Positions 31,429 to 42,570 of a stretch of 64,000 nucleotides of DNA are shown here, in pieces (within the stretch, counting starts at the first letter, position 1; each line of letters begins with the position of its first letter). A program made the translations under genes and the position numbers. The notes under the pieces are model-generated. The model was given only the letters and a program-made list of their open reading frames with translations, searched no databases and was not told where the DNA came from. The DNA is from an uncultured bacterium (GTDB taxonomy: Bacteria > Verrucomicrobiota > Verrucomicrobiia > Limisphaerales > UBA8199): NCBI GenBank assembly GCA_963749495.1, contig CAVVMW010000004.1:128001-192000 (forward strand), given 5' to 3'.

Positions 31429-32106
31429 TTACCAAAAGTGCCACGCCCCTCTCGCAGCCACCCAGAGGCCGAGCAGGAGGTTGGTGAGGGCGTGGGCGGT
31501 GATGGCATCTCCCAGGCGGTCCTTGCGCAGGACCAACCCTTGATAGGCCATGGCGCACAGGATCGCCGCCACCCAGCGATCGGGGTGTACCAGCCCGAAG
31601 AGGAGCGCGGTCACCACGAATGACAGGGCATGAAACTGCTTGAAGGGCATGGCGCGGAAATCCGTGTTGACCATGTAGCGGTAGAGAAACGAACGGTAGA
31701 AGACCTCCTCGATCGGCGGCACCACCAGCGTCGAGCCCGCTATCCGCCCGGCCACGCACAGCCAGGCCGCAGCCGAGGCCCGGCCATACTCGCGCAGGGG
31801 GTTCCAGCCCCCCCCGGGCTCGACCTTGCTCAGCCGCGGGTATTGGCCGTCCAGGCCGACCCAGAGCGCGAAGACCGCCACCCCGACGGCCACCGCCTCC
31901 CAACTGAATCTCCAGCGCATCTCCTGGACGCAGGGGCGCATCTGCCAGATCAACCACGCTCCCACCGCGGTCTTCACCAGGTAGAGCCAATACTCGGAGC
32001 CTTTGCCAAGCTCTCCTTGCAGGCCCGTCAGCCCCGCGAAGACGACCAGCGGCACCACCCGCGCATACTCGGGACGGCCCTCGAATTTCTTGCACAAAAC
32101 GCTCAC
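31429..32106 (-). CDS. CAAX prenyl protease-related (CPBP) membrane protein
   Basis: EEVFYR, FGLVH and HALTN motifs. Confidence 0.9.
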   Translation of the reverse strand: MSVLCKKFEGRPEYARVVPLVVFAGLTGLQGELGKGSEYWLYLVKTAVGAWLIWQMRPCVQEMRWRFSWEAVAVGVAVFALWVGLDGQYPRLSKVEPGGGWNPLREYGRASAAAWLCVAGRIAGSTLVVPPIEEVFYRSFLYRYMVNTDFRAMPFKQFHALSFVVTALLFGLVHPDRWVAAILCAMAYQGLVLRKDRLGDAITAHALTNLLLGLWVAARGAWHFW

Positions 32107-32324
32107 GGGCTCAAATCATTTGGGGCATTGGCAGCCGTCGCAAGTCAGAAATGGCGGCTGGTTCTCGCCCCCTTTGCCCGAATCGCATGCACCCATGCAT
32201 CCAATCAGGCTTGCGCAATCTGGCAGATTTGCCATTATCGTGCCAGATCGTCAGCGGACTGGCCGGACCGATGCAGTGCCGCCGGACAACACCATTTTCA
32301 AGTGGAAAACGAAGACCGATTGTC

Positions 32325-33539
32325 ATGCCGCCATTAGCCCAATTGAAGTATTCTGTGGGTAGATTCCTCTATTCCAAGGAGGCCGATCTCCAAGCAGCGC
32401 TATGGATCTACCTCCGCAGCATCCCAGCATGTTCGCGAACCGATCCAGATCAAATCGCCGCATGGCTTGAGCAGGAAGGCAGTGAATGTGCTCATGACGT
32501 TTACGTCTGTGGCTTATACTTGAATGATGCTGTCGTTGGGATGGCGGAATTCGCGTGCTTCAGAGAGGAACGGCTCCTCATCTTTGACTATCTCGTGGTC
32601 GATGAGGACCACCGGAGACACGGGGAGTACTGCCAGTTCATGCAGGTCCTCCGGCAGTATATCCGAGACGAACGGTTGGAATTCGACTTTGCGGTTGCCG
32701 AGGTGAGCTACGAATCCGCTGTTGCCAGCAAATCCAGCAGGCAGCTGGTGAGGTTGTTCATGAGGGAAGGCTTTTCCGTGGCAGATTGTCGTTACCATTC
32801 GGCCGTTTTAGGCTTGAGCAACCCGGAGAGTGACATTGGGGCGCACCTGATGATCTCATCGAGGCAACCGGTTGCCTCGGTGGCGCGGGATGTGTTGCTG
32901 AGGATTGTTCACACTATCTATTTTCTGCACAACGAAAGGTGGTATTTCCGTTTCATACCGGAGAAGGAAGGCAGGGAGAGATACCACAACCTGCTGAAAC
33001 TCAGATTTGAGCAATTCCAGGACAGCCTCCGCGGGGGGAGCGAGATCAAGCTCAACGGGCTGAAGATAGTTCCAGGTCCTGTTCCACCACTGTCTCCAGC
33101 CAGAAGAAGGCGGGTGCGCAAAGAGAGGTTTGACGTGGCGCTCACTTTCCCCGGAGATCTGCGATCTTTTGTCGAGGAGGTCGCCAATTCTCTCGCGAGA
33201 ATTCTGGGGCGAGAACGCGTGTTTTATGACCGCTGGTACGAACACGAACTCGCCGTGCCGGATCTGGATGCGCACCTCCAGGACATTTATCATAACAAGT
33301 CTCTGTTAGTATTAGTTTTCCTATCCGAGGCTTACGAATCAAGGGAGTGGTGTAGAGTCGAATGGAGACCTGTTCGGGATCTCCTCAAGCGACGTTAACC
33401 GGAGAGAATCATGTTCGTCCGCCTCGATGACGCGCCGGTGAACGGGGTATTTTCCATCGACGGGTACTTAGACGCTCGGGACAGGAAACCTGCCGAGGTT
33501 GCCGAGGTGGTCCTCAGACGGCTGTTCTCGATGTACTAA
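32325..33539 (+). pseudogene. GNAT-like plus TIR domain fusion with in-frame TAA at 33396-33398
   Basis: N-terminal VVGMAEF...IFDYLVVDEDHRRHG. TIR motifs FDVALTF, VFYD, WCRVEW. The frame continues after the stop as IMFVRLDD...FSIDGYLD to TAA 33539. Confidence 0.8.
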
Positions 33540-33605
33540 CGCTCTCCGAGCGCCAAAGAGGGCTCTATGGGGCATCGCCCATTCTCGTGGGAAGGACCCG
33601 CCCCC

Positions 33606-34202
33606 TTACGCTCCGCAGCGCCGCAGAATGTGGTTTTCTCGGACGGTCTTCAAGCCACTGGCGTTTCGCAACTGTTTCACGATGAAACTCATGACGACGC
33701 CCTTGGCCAAATAGGTTTGTTGGACTTGCCTTGGGAGTGTCGAGAAGTCATCCACCACCCGCCTGCACCCAGCCGCGCCGCAACGGCAGGGCATCGTGAA
33801 CGATTTTTCCTCCATCGTAGTTGAGTAATCGTAGCGTACCTCCTCTCCCCTTGGGATGTCCCTCAGAGCCACAACGTGCCGATCACTCCGTATTCCAGAG
33901 TTGGGGTCGCACGAATGATTGACGAGGACCCCGGGCGGCAGAGGGTCGAGGTACTTGTCGGGGCCAACCTGAAGGGTCATGCACTCCCAGGCGCCGCGCC
34001 CTTTCGCTTCGGCGAAATCGATTATGGGGCCCTCGAAGGTGAGAATGATCTCCCCCGTGCGAATCGGGCGGTTGGCGAAAACCCCCAACCCGACATCGCA
34101 TTCGTCCACATAGATCGTTTCGTTGCGATAGCCTAATTTCACCGAGGCTCGATTCCCAGCCAATAAATATAAGGACTGCTGGCATATTGATTCAGCAATC
34201 AT
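33606..34202 (-). CDS. SET domain protein with post-SET
   Basis: GLGVFA, NHSCDPN, EEVRYDY and CRCG...CR. Confidence 0.92.
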   Translation of the reverse strand: MIAESICQQSLYLLAGNRASVKLGYRNETIYVDECDVGLGVFANRPIRTGEIILTFEGPIIDFAEAKGRGAWECMTLQVGPDKYLDPLPPGVLVNHSCDPNSGIRSDRHVVALRDIPRGEEVRYDYSTTMEEKSFTMPCRCGAAGCRRVVDDFSTLPRQVQQTYLAKGVVMSFIVKQLRNASGLKTVRENHILRRCGA

Positions 34203-34520
34203 AAGGGATGGTTTCTCCTGTGTGGCCGGCTTAAACGACGGCGGCGGTCCCGGCAAGGGGACCAACCGGAGAAGGGCCCGGCGTTGCGCACGGGGCATCG
34301 AGGCGGGTCCTGGTGTTGCAATTGCGGACCCGCTCGATGCCGCCAGGGTCAAGGATAAGCGCTATCCCGGGCTGTGCCTGCGGCTCAGTCCCGGCCACCA
34401 AGAGGTCTCCACAGTCTCCGGGGTCTTGCCCGAGAGTGGATGCTTCATTGGGTCTTGCCCTGTCCACGCCCGCAGCAAAGCAGACCCCGGCCCATTTGTA
34501 AAGGGGCGCGACGCAGGAGC

Positions 34521-34770
34521 GATTAGAGCTGTCGGTCAGCCCACGGCGCCTTTTTGCCCCGAAGGGGCTTCCGACAATAGCCCGGCGTTTCAACGCCGGG
34601 TGAGCGGCCCCAAGGAGCAGGTCCGTCCCGAAGGGACGGTTGAAAGCAAGGAGTGTCCTCAGTCGTCCCTTCGAGACGAGGGTCCTTTTCGTGGCCTCCC
34701 CGGCGTTGAAACGCCGGGCTATTCTCAGATGTCCCTCCGGGACAAAACTCCCGAGGCGCACGCCCGACGC
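34521..34770. mobile_element. About 250-bp nested-palindrome element, copy 2
   Basis: Closely matches 9899-10147. Confidence 0.85.
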
Positions 34771-34798
34771 CATCAATCGGCCTCGTGCAAAGTAGCCT

Positions 34799-35065
34799 TT
34801 AGCCTTTGCTTGGCAGGGCCAGTTCGAAGCTGAAGGCCTGGACCTGCCGGCAGCCGTCGAACTCCAGAATCCATTCGCTGACGCTCTGCGGCAATGGCAG
34901 GACCGTGGGGCGAGCCTGGCCGTCCACGACCACGACGGTGGGGCCGAGTACCCCGGAGTGCAAGACCCCGGCCCGGCTGAGGGCACGCCCCACCGGGCAG
35001 GCATTCGGGTCGCACCTCCGGCCGTTCTGAATATCATCCTCCGTGACAGCGATTGCGATTTTCAT
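34799..35065 (-). CDS. Small hypothetical protein (88 aa)
   Basis: MKIAIAVTEDDIQNGRRCDPNACPVGRAL, with an AG-rich upstream sequence. Confidence 0.65.
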   Translation of the reverse strand: MKIAIAVTEDDIQNGRRCDPNACPVGRALSRAGVLHSGVLGPTVVVVDGQARPTVLPLPQSVSEWILEFDGCRQVQAFSFELALPSKG

Positions 35066-35232
35066 GCCGACTCTCTCATTCGGTGCCGGTGCTTGGAAGA
35101 GCCCGCAGGCGCTGGGGCAAAGAAAACCGCTCCGCGGCCTGTTCAGCGCTCAAAACCGGCGTTGCACCTAGCCTACCAGGACCTCCACCGCTGCCTATGG
35201 GGTAAAACCCTCGATTCTGATCGATTGTGCGT

Positions 35233-35536
35233 TCAATCGCCCAGCAGCTTCTTCAAGTCCTCGCGCGCCTTGCGCTCGCGGGTATTCTTCGAGCTTCGGG
35301 GGCGTGAATTCCCGCTGCACAAACTCGAAGTACTCGCAATAATTGGCCAGGTGCTTGTCCGCCACTGGGTCGGCGCGGCCGTCCCGGCACTGCTGCGCTA
35401 CGCGGGGATCGTAGCTGGCGCAATTCAGGCAAACCTTGAAGTCGGACCTGCACCGGGGGCAAATCTCCGAACGCCCCGGCAGCCCCGGCAGCTTGTACTC
35501 CAGGCCGCATTTCCAACAATGTCGTGTCATTGCCAT
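35233..35536 (-). CDS. Cys-rich small zinc-binding protein, frameshift about 35290
   Basis: CWKC, CPRC, CLNC..YD, NYCEYF, then shifted end AREDLKKLLGD. Confidence 0.75.
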
Positions 35537-35715
35537 GGCCGCCAGTCTAGGCCGTGGGCGCGGGTTTTTCCAGCACAGAATGCGCTTGTGTCCGCCGCCG
35601 GTGCAGGACGGAGATCTGCACAAAATGGATTCTGCTGGGCTTTCATCACAGAGGGTCTCCAGGAATCCAGATACGAACGGCCACGGACTACAACGATCCC
35701 GCCCATCGGGCCGCC

Positions 35716-35806
35716 CCTTCGTTTCCTTCGTTTCCTTCTGTTCTTTTCCAGCGTCCCACCGGCTGGGCACAGGAACAGAACAGAAGGAAACGAAGGAAAC
35801 GAAGGA
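35716..35806. repeat. Inverted repeat built from 9-mer tandem units
   Basis: ccttcgtttccttcgtttccttctgttc / gaacagaaggaaacgaaggaaacgaagg. Confidence 0.85.
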
Positions 35807-35864
35807 TGGAAGAGCGAGATCCCCTCTGAGAAATGCGATCTGGAGGTCCAATAGGAATTCTGTG

Positions 35865-36969
35865 TCACACCTTTCCGTCTCGCACTTCCCCGGCCTGGCG
35901 GCCTTCCAGTGCGTGTTGGACGGCGCGCTCGACCGCCTCGACGGTGACCGAGGCCATGCAGCGGGCCAACTCCTGGGGCGTGCCCCGGATGCCGCGTCCG
36001 TCGTAGCGATAATACTGGAGGTTGCGGCCTGCCACAGCCGGGTTGCTCACCAGCGCAAAGGGGTTGCCATAGGGCTGGATCGGCTTGTTCCAGGTGGGGG
36101 TCTCGATGACGATTTGCCGGGGTACTTTCATGGCGGCCGCCACGTGCATCAAGGCGGTGTCCACGCTCAGGAACAGGTCGCAGCGGCGCAGCAGCGCCGC
36201 CGCCTGGCGGAGGTTGGCGGTGGGCGGGTTGCGCACGCGCTGGCCCCCGGCGGCGGCCAGCAGACGGGCATTGTCATGCTGCTCGGCCGGGCCGCCAAAG
36301 AGCAGGGCCGTCAGGTCCGGGTGGTTGCGCAGCAGGCGCCGGAGCAGTTCCAGGTAGTTGTCGAGCGGCCAGCGCCGGAGGGCGAGGTTCTTGGTGCCGC
36401 CCGAGCCAACGTGCAGGCCCAGGAGCCGCCGCCCGGAGAGTTGCTCGGTGGCAAAGAAGTTCTCAGCCCAGGCCAATTCGGCGGGCGATAGATAGATTTC
36501 GTAGCCATGGGCGGGCAGGTGGGGTGCCGCCCCGAGGCAGGCCAGGCAGGCGAGATTGTTCTCGATGCTGTGCCGCTCATAATCCTGCGGCACCGTCCGG
36601 TTCACCAGCCATCGGTCCAGCACCGAGGCGTTGTCGTAGCGGTGGCTGATGCGGACCCTGGCATTGATGAGCCGCGCCACGGCGCGGTAGGCCAGCCGGC
36701 TTTGCGGATAGGTGTTGATCGAGAACGTTGTACTGCCGGCGGCGCAATTGCCCCAGGTATTTGAACCCCTGGAGCCTGCCCTCCTGGAGCAGGTCCTTCT
36801 GGTGGACCTCGTTCAGGTGCGGGTTTCCTCCCAGCGCGCCCTTGGCTCCGGCCCACATGACCAACACGTCAATCCGTGCGTCCGGGAAATTGGCCCGCAA
36901 CTCGTGGATCAACGGCGTCGCGAACAACGTGTCGCCAATGCCGGCCAACGAAATGACCAATATCTTCAT
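35865..36969 (-). CDS. Glycosyltransferase family 9 (heptosyltransferase-like), frameshift about 36725
   Basis: MKILVISLAGIGD, RRWP and DTALMHVAAA. Confidence 0.9.
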
Positions 36970-37124
36970 TTGCCACACCAACGCTCCTGCCCGCCCCTGC
37001 CACCGCGCCATCTTCTCCAGTGGTCTTCCGCTTCACGTTTCACGTTTCACGGTTCAGGGTTCAGGGTTCAGGGTTCGCGCTTCACGTTTCACGTTTCACG
37101 ATTCGCGCCCCGCCCCCTCCCGCC

Positions 37125-37610
37125 CTATAACCGCGCTATCTTCTCCAGCAGGGACGTCGTCGATTTGCCTGGCACGAAAGGAATGATCACAATCCGTCCC
37201 CCGCCAGCCTCGACAGCCCGGCGCTCGTCCGGGTTGAGCGTCTCCAGCGTGTAATCGCCGCCCTTGACGTAAACGTCCGGTTGGGCGGCCGCCAGGAAAC
37301 GCGTCGCGGTCCGCTCGGCAAAGATGCACACGCCGCTCACGCTTTCCAGCGCGGCCAGCACCGCCGCCCGGTCTGCCTCGGCGTTGAGGGGGCGGCCCTG
37401 CCCTTTGAGCTGCCGGACCGACCCGTCCCCATTGAGCCCCACCAGCAACGCGTCCCCCTGGGCCCGCGCGGTCTCCAGGTAAACCACGTGGCCCGCGTGC
37501 AGCAGGTCGAAACAGCCGTTGGTCACCACCAGTCGCTTGCCGCCGGCCCGCATCGCCGCCCGCCATCCCGGCAGTTCCTCCCACGCAACGATCTTTTCGC
37601 TGAAACTCAC
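37125..37610 (-). CDS. rfaE2: Heptose 1-phosphate adenylyltransferase
   Basis: TNGCFDLLHAGH, GLNGD.SV, KGGDY and STT. Confidence 0.88.
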   Translation of the reverse strand: MSFSEKIVAWEELPGWRAAMRAGGKRLVVTNGCFDLLHAGHVVYLETARAQGDALLVGLNGDGSVRQLKGQGRPLNAEADRAAVLAALESVSGVCIFAERTATRFLAAAQPDVYVKGGDYTLETLNPDERRAVEAGGGRIVIIPFVPGKSTTSLLEKIARL

Positions 37611-37907
37611 CTCCTCACTCTGCCTGAATCCGCTGCAAGTTGGCAAGCGCGGGGTGGGCCAAGGCAGAACCATTTACGTCCCTGAAAGAAGGCAAAATCA
37701 TTGTTGGCAGAATCATTCTTGTTTGACCCTCCCCGGCCCCCCGCTAGACTCTCTCGCATAAGCTCGAAGAACCTGAGCGCGCAGTGCTCCTTTGATTGCG
37801 CGCCCGCTTGCCTCGAGCCCCAGTTGCCAGAGTTGGAGAGCCGACGCTCAAATCCAGATGACGACGGCCCCCGCGCGCGTGGCGGTGCGGCCGTTCCGCA
37901 ACCAGCT

Positions 37908-39869
37908 ATGGGGAAGAAACGACACAGGGTCCGGCATGGCCCGGGGGCGCCCGGCCCTTCGGGCGCCGTGGTCCAGTCCGGCCCGGCGCGCGGGGGCCAG
38001 GAGACCCGCGCCCCGGCCCGGGGGGCAGGACCCTCCCTTGCCGCCCGCGTTGCGGCCCTGCACCATCTCAAAGGCTGGCGTCTCTGGGCGGCGAACCTGG
38101 CCACCGCAATCATCATTCCCACTCTCTTGGCGCTTATACTCGAGGGGGCCTTGCGCCTGGTTGGGTATGGCTATCCCACGGCCTTCTGCCTCCGCCAGAA
38201 AGGTTCCGTCACCTACATCGAGAACGACAAATTCCTCTTTCAGTTTTATTCGAGAAAGACCAACCTGCGGCCCAATCCTTTCGCCCTGAGCGCGGCCAAA
38301 CCGGCGGAGGCGACTCGCATTGTGGTCCTGGGCGAGTCCGCCGCCGCGGGCACGCCCGACCCGGCCTACAACTTCGGCCGCATCCTGGAGCGGATGCTGC
38401 GCCAGCAGTGGCCCCGGCGCCGCTGCGAGGTCATCAATGCCGCCATGCGCGGCGTCAACTCCCATATCCTCCTGCCGGCCGCCCGCGACTGCTGCGCGCG
38501 CCTCAAGCCGGACCTGGTGGTCGTGTATATGGGCAACAACGAGGCAGTCGGCCTCTATGCCCCCGGTCCGCATTCGGGGCGCCTGACCTCCTTGCCGCGC
38601 CTGTTGCGGGCCCTGCAGTGGGTGCGCTCGACCCGTCTCGGGGAATTGATGGACCCGCTGTTGCTCGGCCTGGCCCGCGAAGGCATGCCCCCGGAAAAAC
38701 AGGATGACCAGTTCTTCCGGGAGCATTTTGTCGCCGCCGATGACCCCCGCCGCAACGCGGTCTATAACAACTTCCGCCTCAACCTGGCCGGCCTCTGCGC
38801 CGCCGCGCGCCATTGCCGCGGCGGGGTCATCCTCATGACCGTCCCGGTCAACCTCCAGGACTTCCCCCCGCTTGGCTCGATGCACCGCCCCGGCCTTTCC
38901 GACCCCGACCTGCTTCGTTGGCAAGCCGCCTTCGACGCCGGCATCGAGGACGAGACGGCCGGCCGCCATGCCGAGGCAATCTCCCGTTACCTGGCTGCCG
39001 CGGCCCTGGACGGCCACTTCGCCGAACTCCACTTCCGCCTGGCGCGCTGCCGGGCCGCCTCAGGCCAATTGGACCAGGCCCGCCGCGAATTCCTCCTTGC
39101 CCGCGATTGGGACGCCCTCCAGTTCCGGGCCGACTCCCGGCTCAATGACGTTGTGCGCCAGACCGCCACGAGACATCCTGCCGGGACTGTCCGCCTCGTG
39201 GATGCCGAACGCGCCCTCGCCGAGGCCGATGCCGAGGAACACCAAATCCCGGGCGACCGCCTCTTCAACGACCACGTCCACCCGAGCTTCGACGGCGATT
39301 ACCTGTTGGCCAAGACTCTGTTTCCCGCCGTCTGCGAGGCCCTGGGCCTTTCCCCCGGGCAGGCCCCGCTCTCCCGTGACGAATGCGCGGCTCGACTCGC
39401 CTATACCCGTTTTGACGAAGGCCGCATCCGTCGCGAGATGATCAAGGCCACGAGCTATCCGCCGTTCACGCTGCGAATGGAGCACGCCCGACGGCAGGCG
39501 GCCACCGAGCAACGGCTGGCCGAGCAACTCGGCAAGTTCGGCGCCCCCGACGCCGAGGCTGCTTCGGAAATCTACCGCGCCGCCATGCGCCAGTTCCCCG
39601 AGGACTGGCGCCTGCCCTACAATTTTGCCCGGCTCCGCCTCATGCTCCACGATTACCCGGGCGCCATCCAGCAATTCGAACTCGCCCGGCGCGGCCTGCC
39701 CCACTGGGTGCAGATCCACCTCGGGCTGAGCGCCGCCCTGGTTGGCGCCGGCCGCACCGAGGAGGCCCTCCGCCTGCTGCGCCAACTCCAGGCCGCAGAC
39801 CCCCAATCCCAAGACATCCAGGCCAGCATCGACGCCGTCCAGACCCGGGGCCGAGGCGCCGTGCGATGA
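37908..39869 (+). CDS. Membrane-anchored SGNH-like plus TPR protein
   Basis: TM segment, LGESAAAG, YMGNNE, DHVHP and TPR helices. Confidence 0.85.
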   Translation: MGKKRHRVRHGPGAPGPSGAVVQSGPARGGQETRAPARGAGPSLAARVAALHHLKGWRLWAANLATAIIIPTLLALILEGALRLVGYGYPTAFCLRQKGSVTYIENDKFLFQFYSRKTNLRPNPFALSAAKPAEATRIVVLGESAAAGTPDPAYNFGRILERMLRQQWPRRRCEVINAAMRGVNSHILLPAARDCCARLKPDLVVVYMGNNEAVGLYAPGPHSGRLTSLPRLLRALQWVRSTRLGELMDPLLLGLAREGMPPEKQDDQFFREHFVAADDPRRNAVYNNFRLNLAGLCAAARHCRGGVILMTVPVNLQDFPPLGSMHRPGLSDPDLLRWQAAFDAGIEDETAGRHAEAISRYLAAAALDGHFAELHFRLARCRAASGQLDQARREFLLARDWDALQFRADSRLNDVVRQTATRHPAGTVRLVDAERALAEADAEEHQIPGDRLFNDHVHPSFDGDYLLAKTLFPAVCEALGLSPGQAPLSRDECAARLAYTRFDEGRIRREMIKATSYPPFTLRMEHARRQAATEQRLAEQLGKFGAPDAEAASEIYRAAMRQFPEDWRLPYNFARLRLMLHDYPGAIQQFELARRGLPHWVQIHLGLSAALVGAGRTEEALRLLRQLQAADPQSQDIQASIDAVQTRGRGAVR

Positions 39870-39960
39870 GGATTGAACCGGATCTATCCAGGTTCATGGA
39901 GGGCCTTCTTTGGCTTCCGCAAATGCAGTTGGGACATGAACCGGATAGGGCTGCGAGGCC

Positions 39961-40054
39961 GCGAAGCGTTTTGGACTGCGGCAGTCCTCTGCCGCTTTTT
40001 GGAGCCCTGGGGACGCGACAGCGGCAGAGGACTGCCGCAGTCCAAAACCTTGCG
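39961..40054. repeat. Palindromic REP-like element
   Basis: ttttggactgcggcagtcctctgccgct / agcggcagaggactgccgcagtccaaaa. Confidence 0.9.
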
Positions 40055-40217
40055 GGCTTCGGTGGTTCATGGAGAGCGGAACCCCGACGGGTAAATCCAT
40101 CATTCGTCATTCGTCATTCGTCATTCGTCATTTCGCACTCCGCATTCCGCATTCGCCAGGCTTGCCAATTTGCCCCGCATCGGTTCAACTAGGCACGGCC
40201 GAACAGCAGGCAGACCT

Positions 40218-41384
40218 ATGCCAAAAAAGGAAACCATGACCGCGCGCGAGCGGGTCAACAAGGCGCTGGACCATCAGGTCCCGGACCGGGTCCCGATTGA
40301 CCTGGGCGGAAACCAGACCGGCATCCACAAGAACGCGTATCGGGCGCTGACCCGGCATCTGGGCATCCACGACGAGCTCCGCATCATGGATGCCGTGCAG
40401 CAACTGGCCCGGCCCTGCGAGCAGGTGCTCGAACGATTTCACGTGGATACCCGCTACGTCGCGGCGGGCGCGGCCCAAAGTTGGAAAGGCGGCATCGTCA
40501 CGGCCCGGCGCGACGGACGCCTCTGGGAGGACCTGACCGACAAGTTCGGCATTCGGTGGTCCATGCCCGAGGACGCGCCGTATTACATGGACATCACGCT
40601 GCACCCGCTTGCCGGCGCCACGCTCGCGGACCTCAAGGATTATCCCTGGCCCAAAGGGGACGACCCCAGCCGCTTTGCCGGCCTGCGCGAGCGCGCGCTG
40701 GCCCTCAGGAAGGATACACCTTACGCCGTGGTCAGCGGCATCTCGGGCGTGGTTTATGAGATCTGCTGGTACCTGCGCGGGCTCGAGCAATGGTTCTGCA
40801 ACCTCATGACCAACCCCCAGTTCTGCGAGGCCATGCTCGACCAGACCCTCAAGTTCTGGATGGACTGGTTCCGGCTCTTCCTGGACGAGGTCGGCAACGT
40901 CGTGGACGTGGTCATGATCGGCGATGATTTGGCCGGGCAGAACGGGCCCCTGTTCAACCCCAGGATTTATCGCCGCTCGGTCAAACCGCGCCATAAGCAA
41001 CTGGTTCAGTACATTCGGTCGCGCACGCGGGCCAAAATCTGGTATCACACCTGCGGCGCCTGCCGGCAATTCATCCCGGACCTCCTGGACAACGGCGTAC
41101 ACATCCTGAACCCGGTCCAGGTCAGCGCCCGCGACATGGACCCGGCCCAGCTCAAAGAGCGCTTCGGCCGCCAGCTTTCCTTCTGGGGCGGCGCTATCGA
41201 CACCCAGCACGTCCTCTCAAGCGCCACACCCGGCGAGGTCGCCGACGAGGTCCGCCGCAACCTCCAGGCCCTCATGCCCGGCGGCGGCTATGTCTTCAAC
41301 AACGTCCATAACATCCAGGGCGAAGTCCCTCCCGAGAACGTCGTGGCCATGTTCGACGCGGCCTACCAGTACGGGTTTTATTAG
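40218..41384 (+). CDS. Uroporphyrinogen decarboxylase-like (MtaA/CmuA) family protein
   Basis: PDRVPIDLG, GDDL, HTCG, LNPVQ, FWGG and HNIQ. Confidence 0.9.
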   Translation: MPKKETMTARERVNKALDHQVPDRVPIDLGGNQTGIHKNAYRALTRHLGIHDELRIMDAVQQLARPCEQVLERFHVDTRYVAAGAAQSWKGGIVTARRDGRLWEDLTDKFGIRWSMPEDAPYYMDITLHPLAGATLADLKDYPWPKGDDPSRFAGLRERALALRKDTPYAVVSGISGVVYEICWYLRGLEQWFCNLMTNPQFCEAMLDQTLKFWMDWFRLFLDEVGNVVDVVMIGDDLAGQNGPLFNPRIYRRSVKPRHKQLVQYIRSRTRAKIWYHTCGACRQFIPDLLDNGVHILNPVQVSARDMDPAQLKERFGRQLSFWGGAIDTQHVLSSATPGEVADEVRRNLQALMPGGGYVFNNVHNIQGEVPPENVVAMFDAAYQYGFY

Positions 41385-41571
41385 CCAGCCGGACCTTTGT
41401 CGCAGCCTTTGTCGCGGCCTTTGTCGAGCCCTGGCCAATCCGACAAAGGTTGCGACAAAGGCTGCGACGAAGGTTGCGACAAAGGTTGCGATGAGGTTCG
41501 GCCTATGCCGGGCTTGTGGACGGTCTCCAATCAGGGTTGCGGCCGCCGCCAGTCGATGCTCACTTGTGAGC

Positions 41572-42570
41572 GTGAAAGCATGGCTCCTTGACGATTTGAC
41601 GGGCCTCCAGGCCCTGCGCCTGGCCGAGGTGCCGGACCCGGTCCCGAGCGTGGGCGAGGCGGTCCTGGAAGTCCATTATGCCGCATTGAACCCCGCGGAC
41701 CGCTACCTGGCCGAGCGCCAATACCCGGCCCGGCCCTCGCTGCCCCATATCCTCGGACGCGACGGCCTGGGAACTGTCGTCCAGGCCAGCGATGGCGCAG
41801 GCCCGGTCCGCCCGGGCAACCGCCGCGTTATCCTGCGCAGTGACGTCGGGGGCAATCGGCCGGGAACGTTCGCTCAGCGCGTGGCTGCGCCGGCTGAGAG
41901 CCTGGTCGAGGTCCCTCCCGGCTGGAGCGAACCCGAGGCGGCCGGCGCCGCCCTGGTTTATCTGACGGCCTACCAAGCCCTGACTCAGTGGGGGCCGCTG
42001 GGCCAATCCGCCCTGGTGCTGGTCACAGGCGCCTCGGGCGGCGTCGGTGTCGCAACGGTCCAACTCGCCGCGGCCATGGGCCATAGGGTGCTGGCCCTCT
42101 CACGCAGTCCCGAGAAGCGGCGCCTGCGCAACCTGGGCGCCGCCGCCACCTATGACCCGCAGGACCCGCAATGGCGCCAGGCGGCCAAGGCGGCCCTGGC
42201 CGGCCGCCCGGTCGAGCTGGCTGTCGACACCATCGGCGGCCGGCTCCTGCCCAACGTCATCAACACCCTGGGCAACCTCGGCAAGGTCAGCCTGGTCGGG
42301 CGCCTGGCCGGCCCGGTCCCGGACTTCAACACCGCCAGCCTGTTCTTCCGCCGCATCCGCCTCGGTGGCGTCGCTGTCGGCGCCTATACGCCCGCCCAGA
42401 GCCATGCCGCCTGGCAGGAGGTCTTGCGCCTGCTCGAGCGGACCGGCGCCCGCCCGCAGGTGGACAGCCTCTTCCCCTTCGAGCAACTCCCCAAGGCCTT
42501 CGCTCGCCTGGCCCAAGGCCCCATGGGCAAGGTGTTGCTCAAAGTCAAAGGTGATGGCAGGCAAACGTGA
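41572..42570 (+). CDS. NADPH:quinone oxidoreductase (MDR family)
   Basis: LNPAD, LG.D..G.V, GASGGVG and MGKVLL. Confidence 0.9.
   Translation: MKAWLLDDLTGLQALRLAEVPDPVPSVGEAVLEVHYAALNPADRYLAERQYPARPSLPHILGRDGLGTVVQASDGAGPVRPGNRRVILRSDVGGNRPGTFAQRVAAPAESLVEVPPGWSEPEAAGAALVYLTAYQALTQWGPLGQSALVLVTGASGGVGVATVQLAAAMGHRVLALSRSPEKRRLRNLGAAATYDPQDPQWRQAAKAALAGRPVELAVDTIGGRLLPNVINTLGNLGKVSLVGRLAGPVPDFNTASLFFRRIRLGGVAVGAYTPAQSHAAWQEVLRLLERTGARPQVDSLFPFEQLPKAFARLAQGPMGKVLLKVKGDGRQT

Noticed and set aside
33396..33398. Stop-codon recoding in the TIR gene
   Set aside because: TAA terminates other genes here, so a nonsense change or miscall is simpler.
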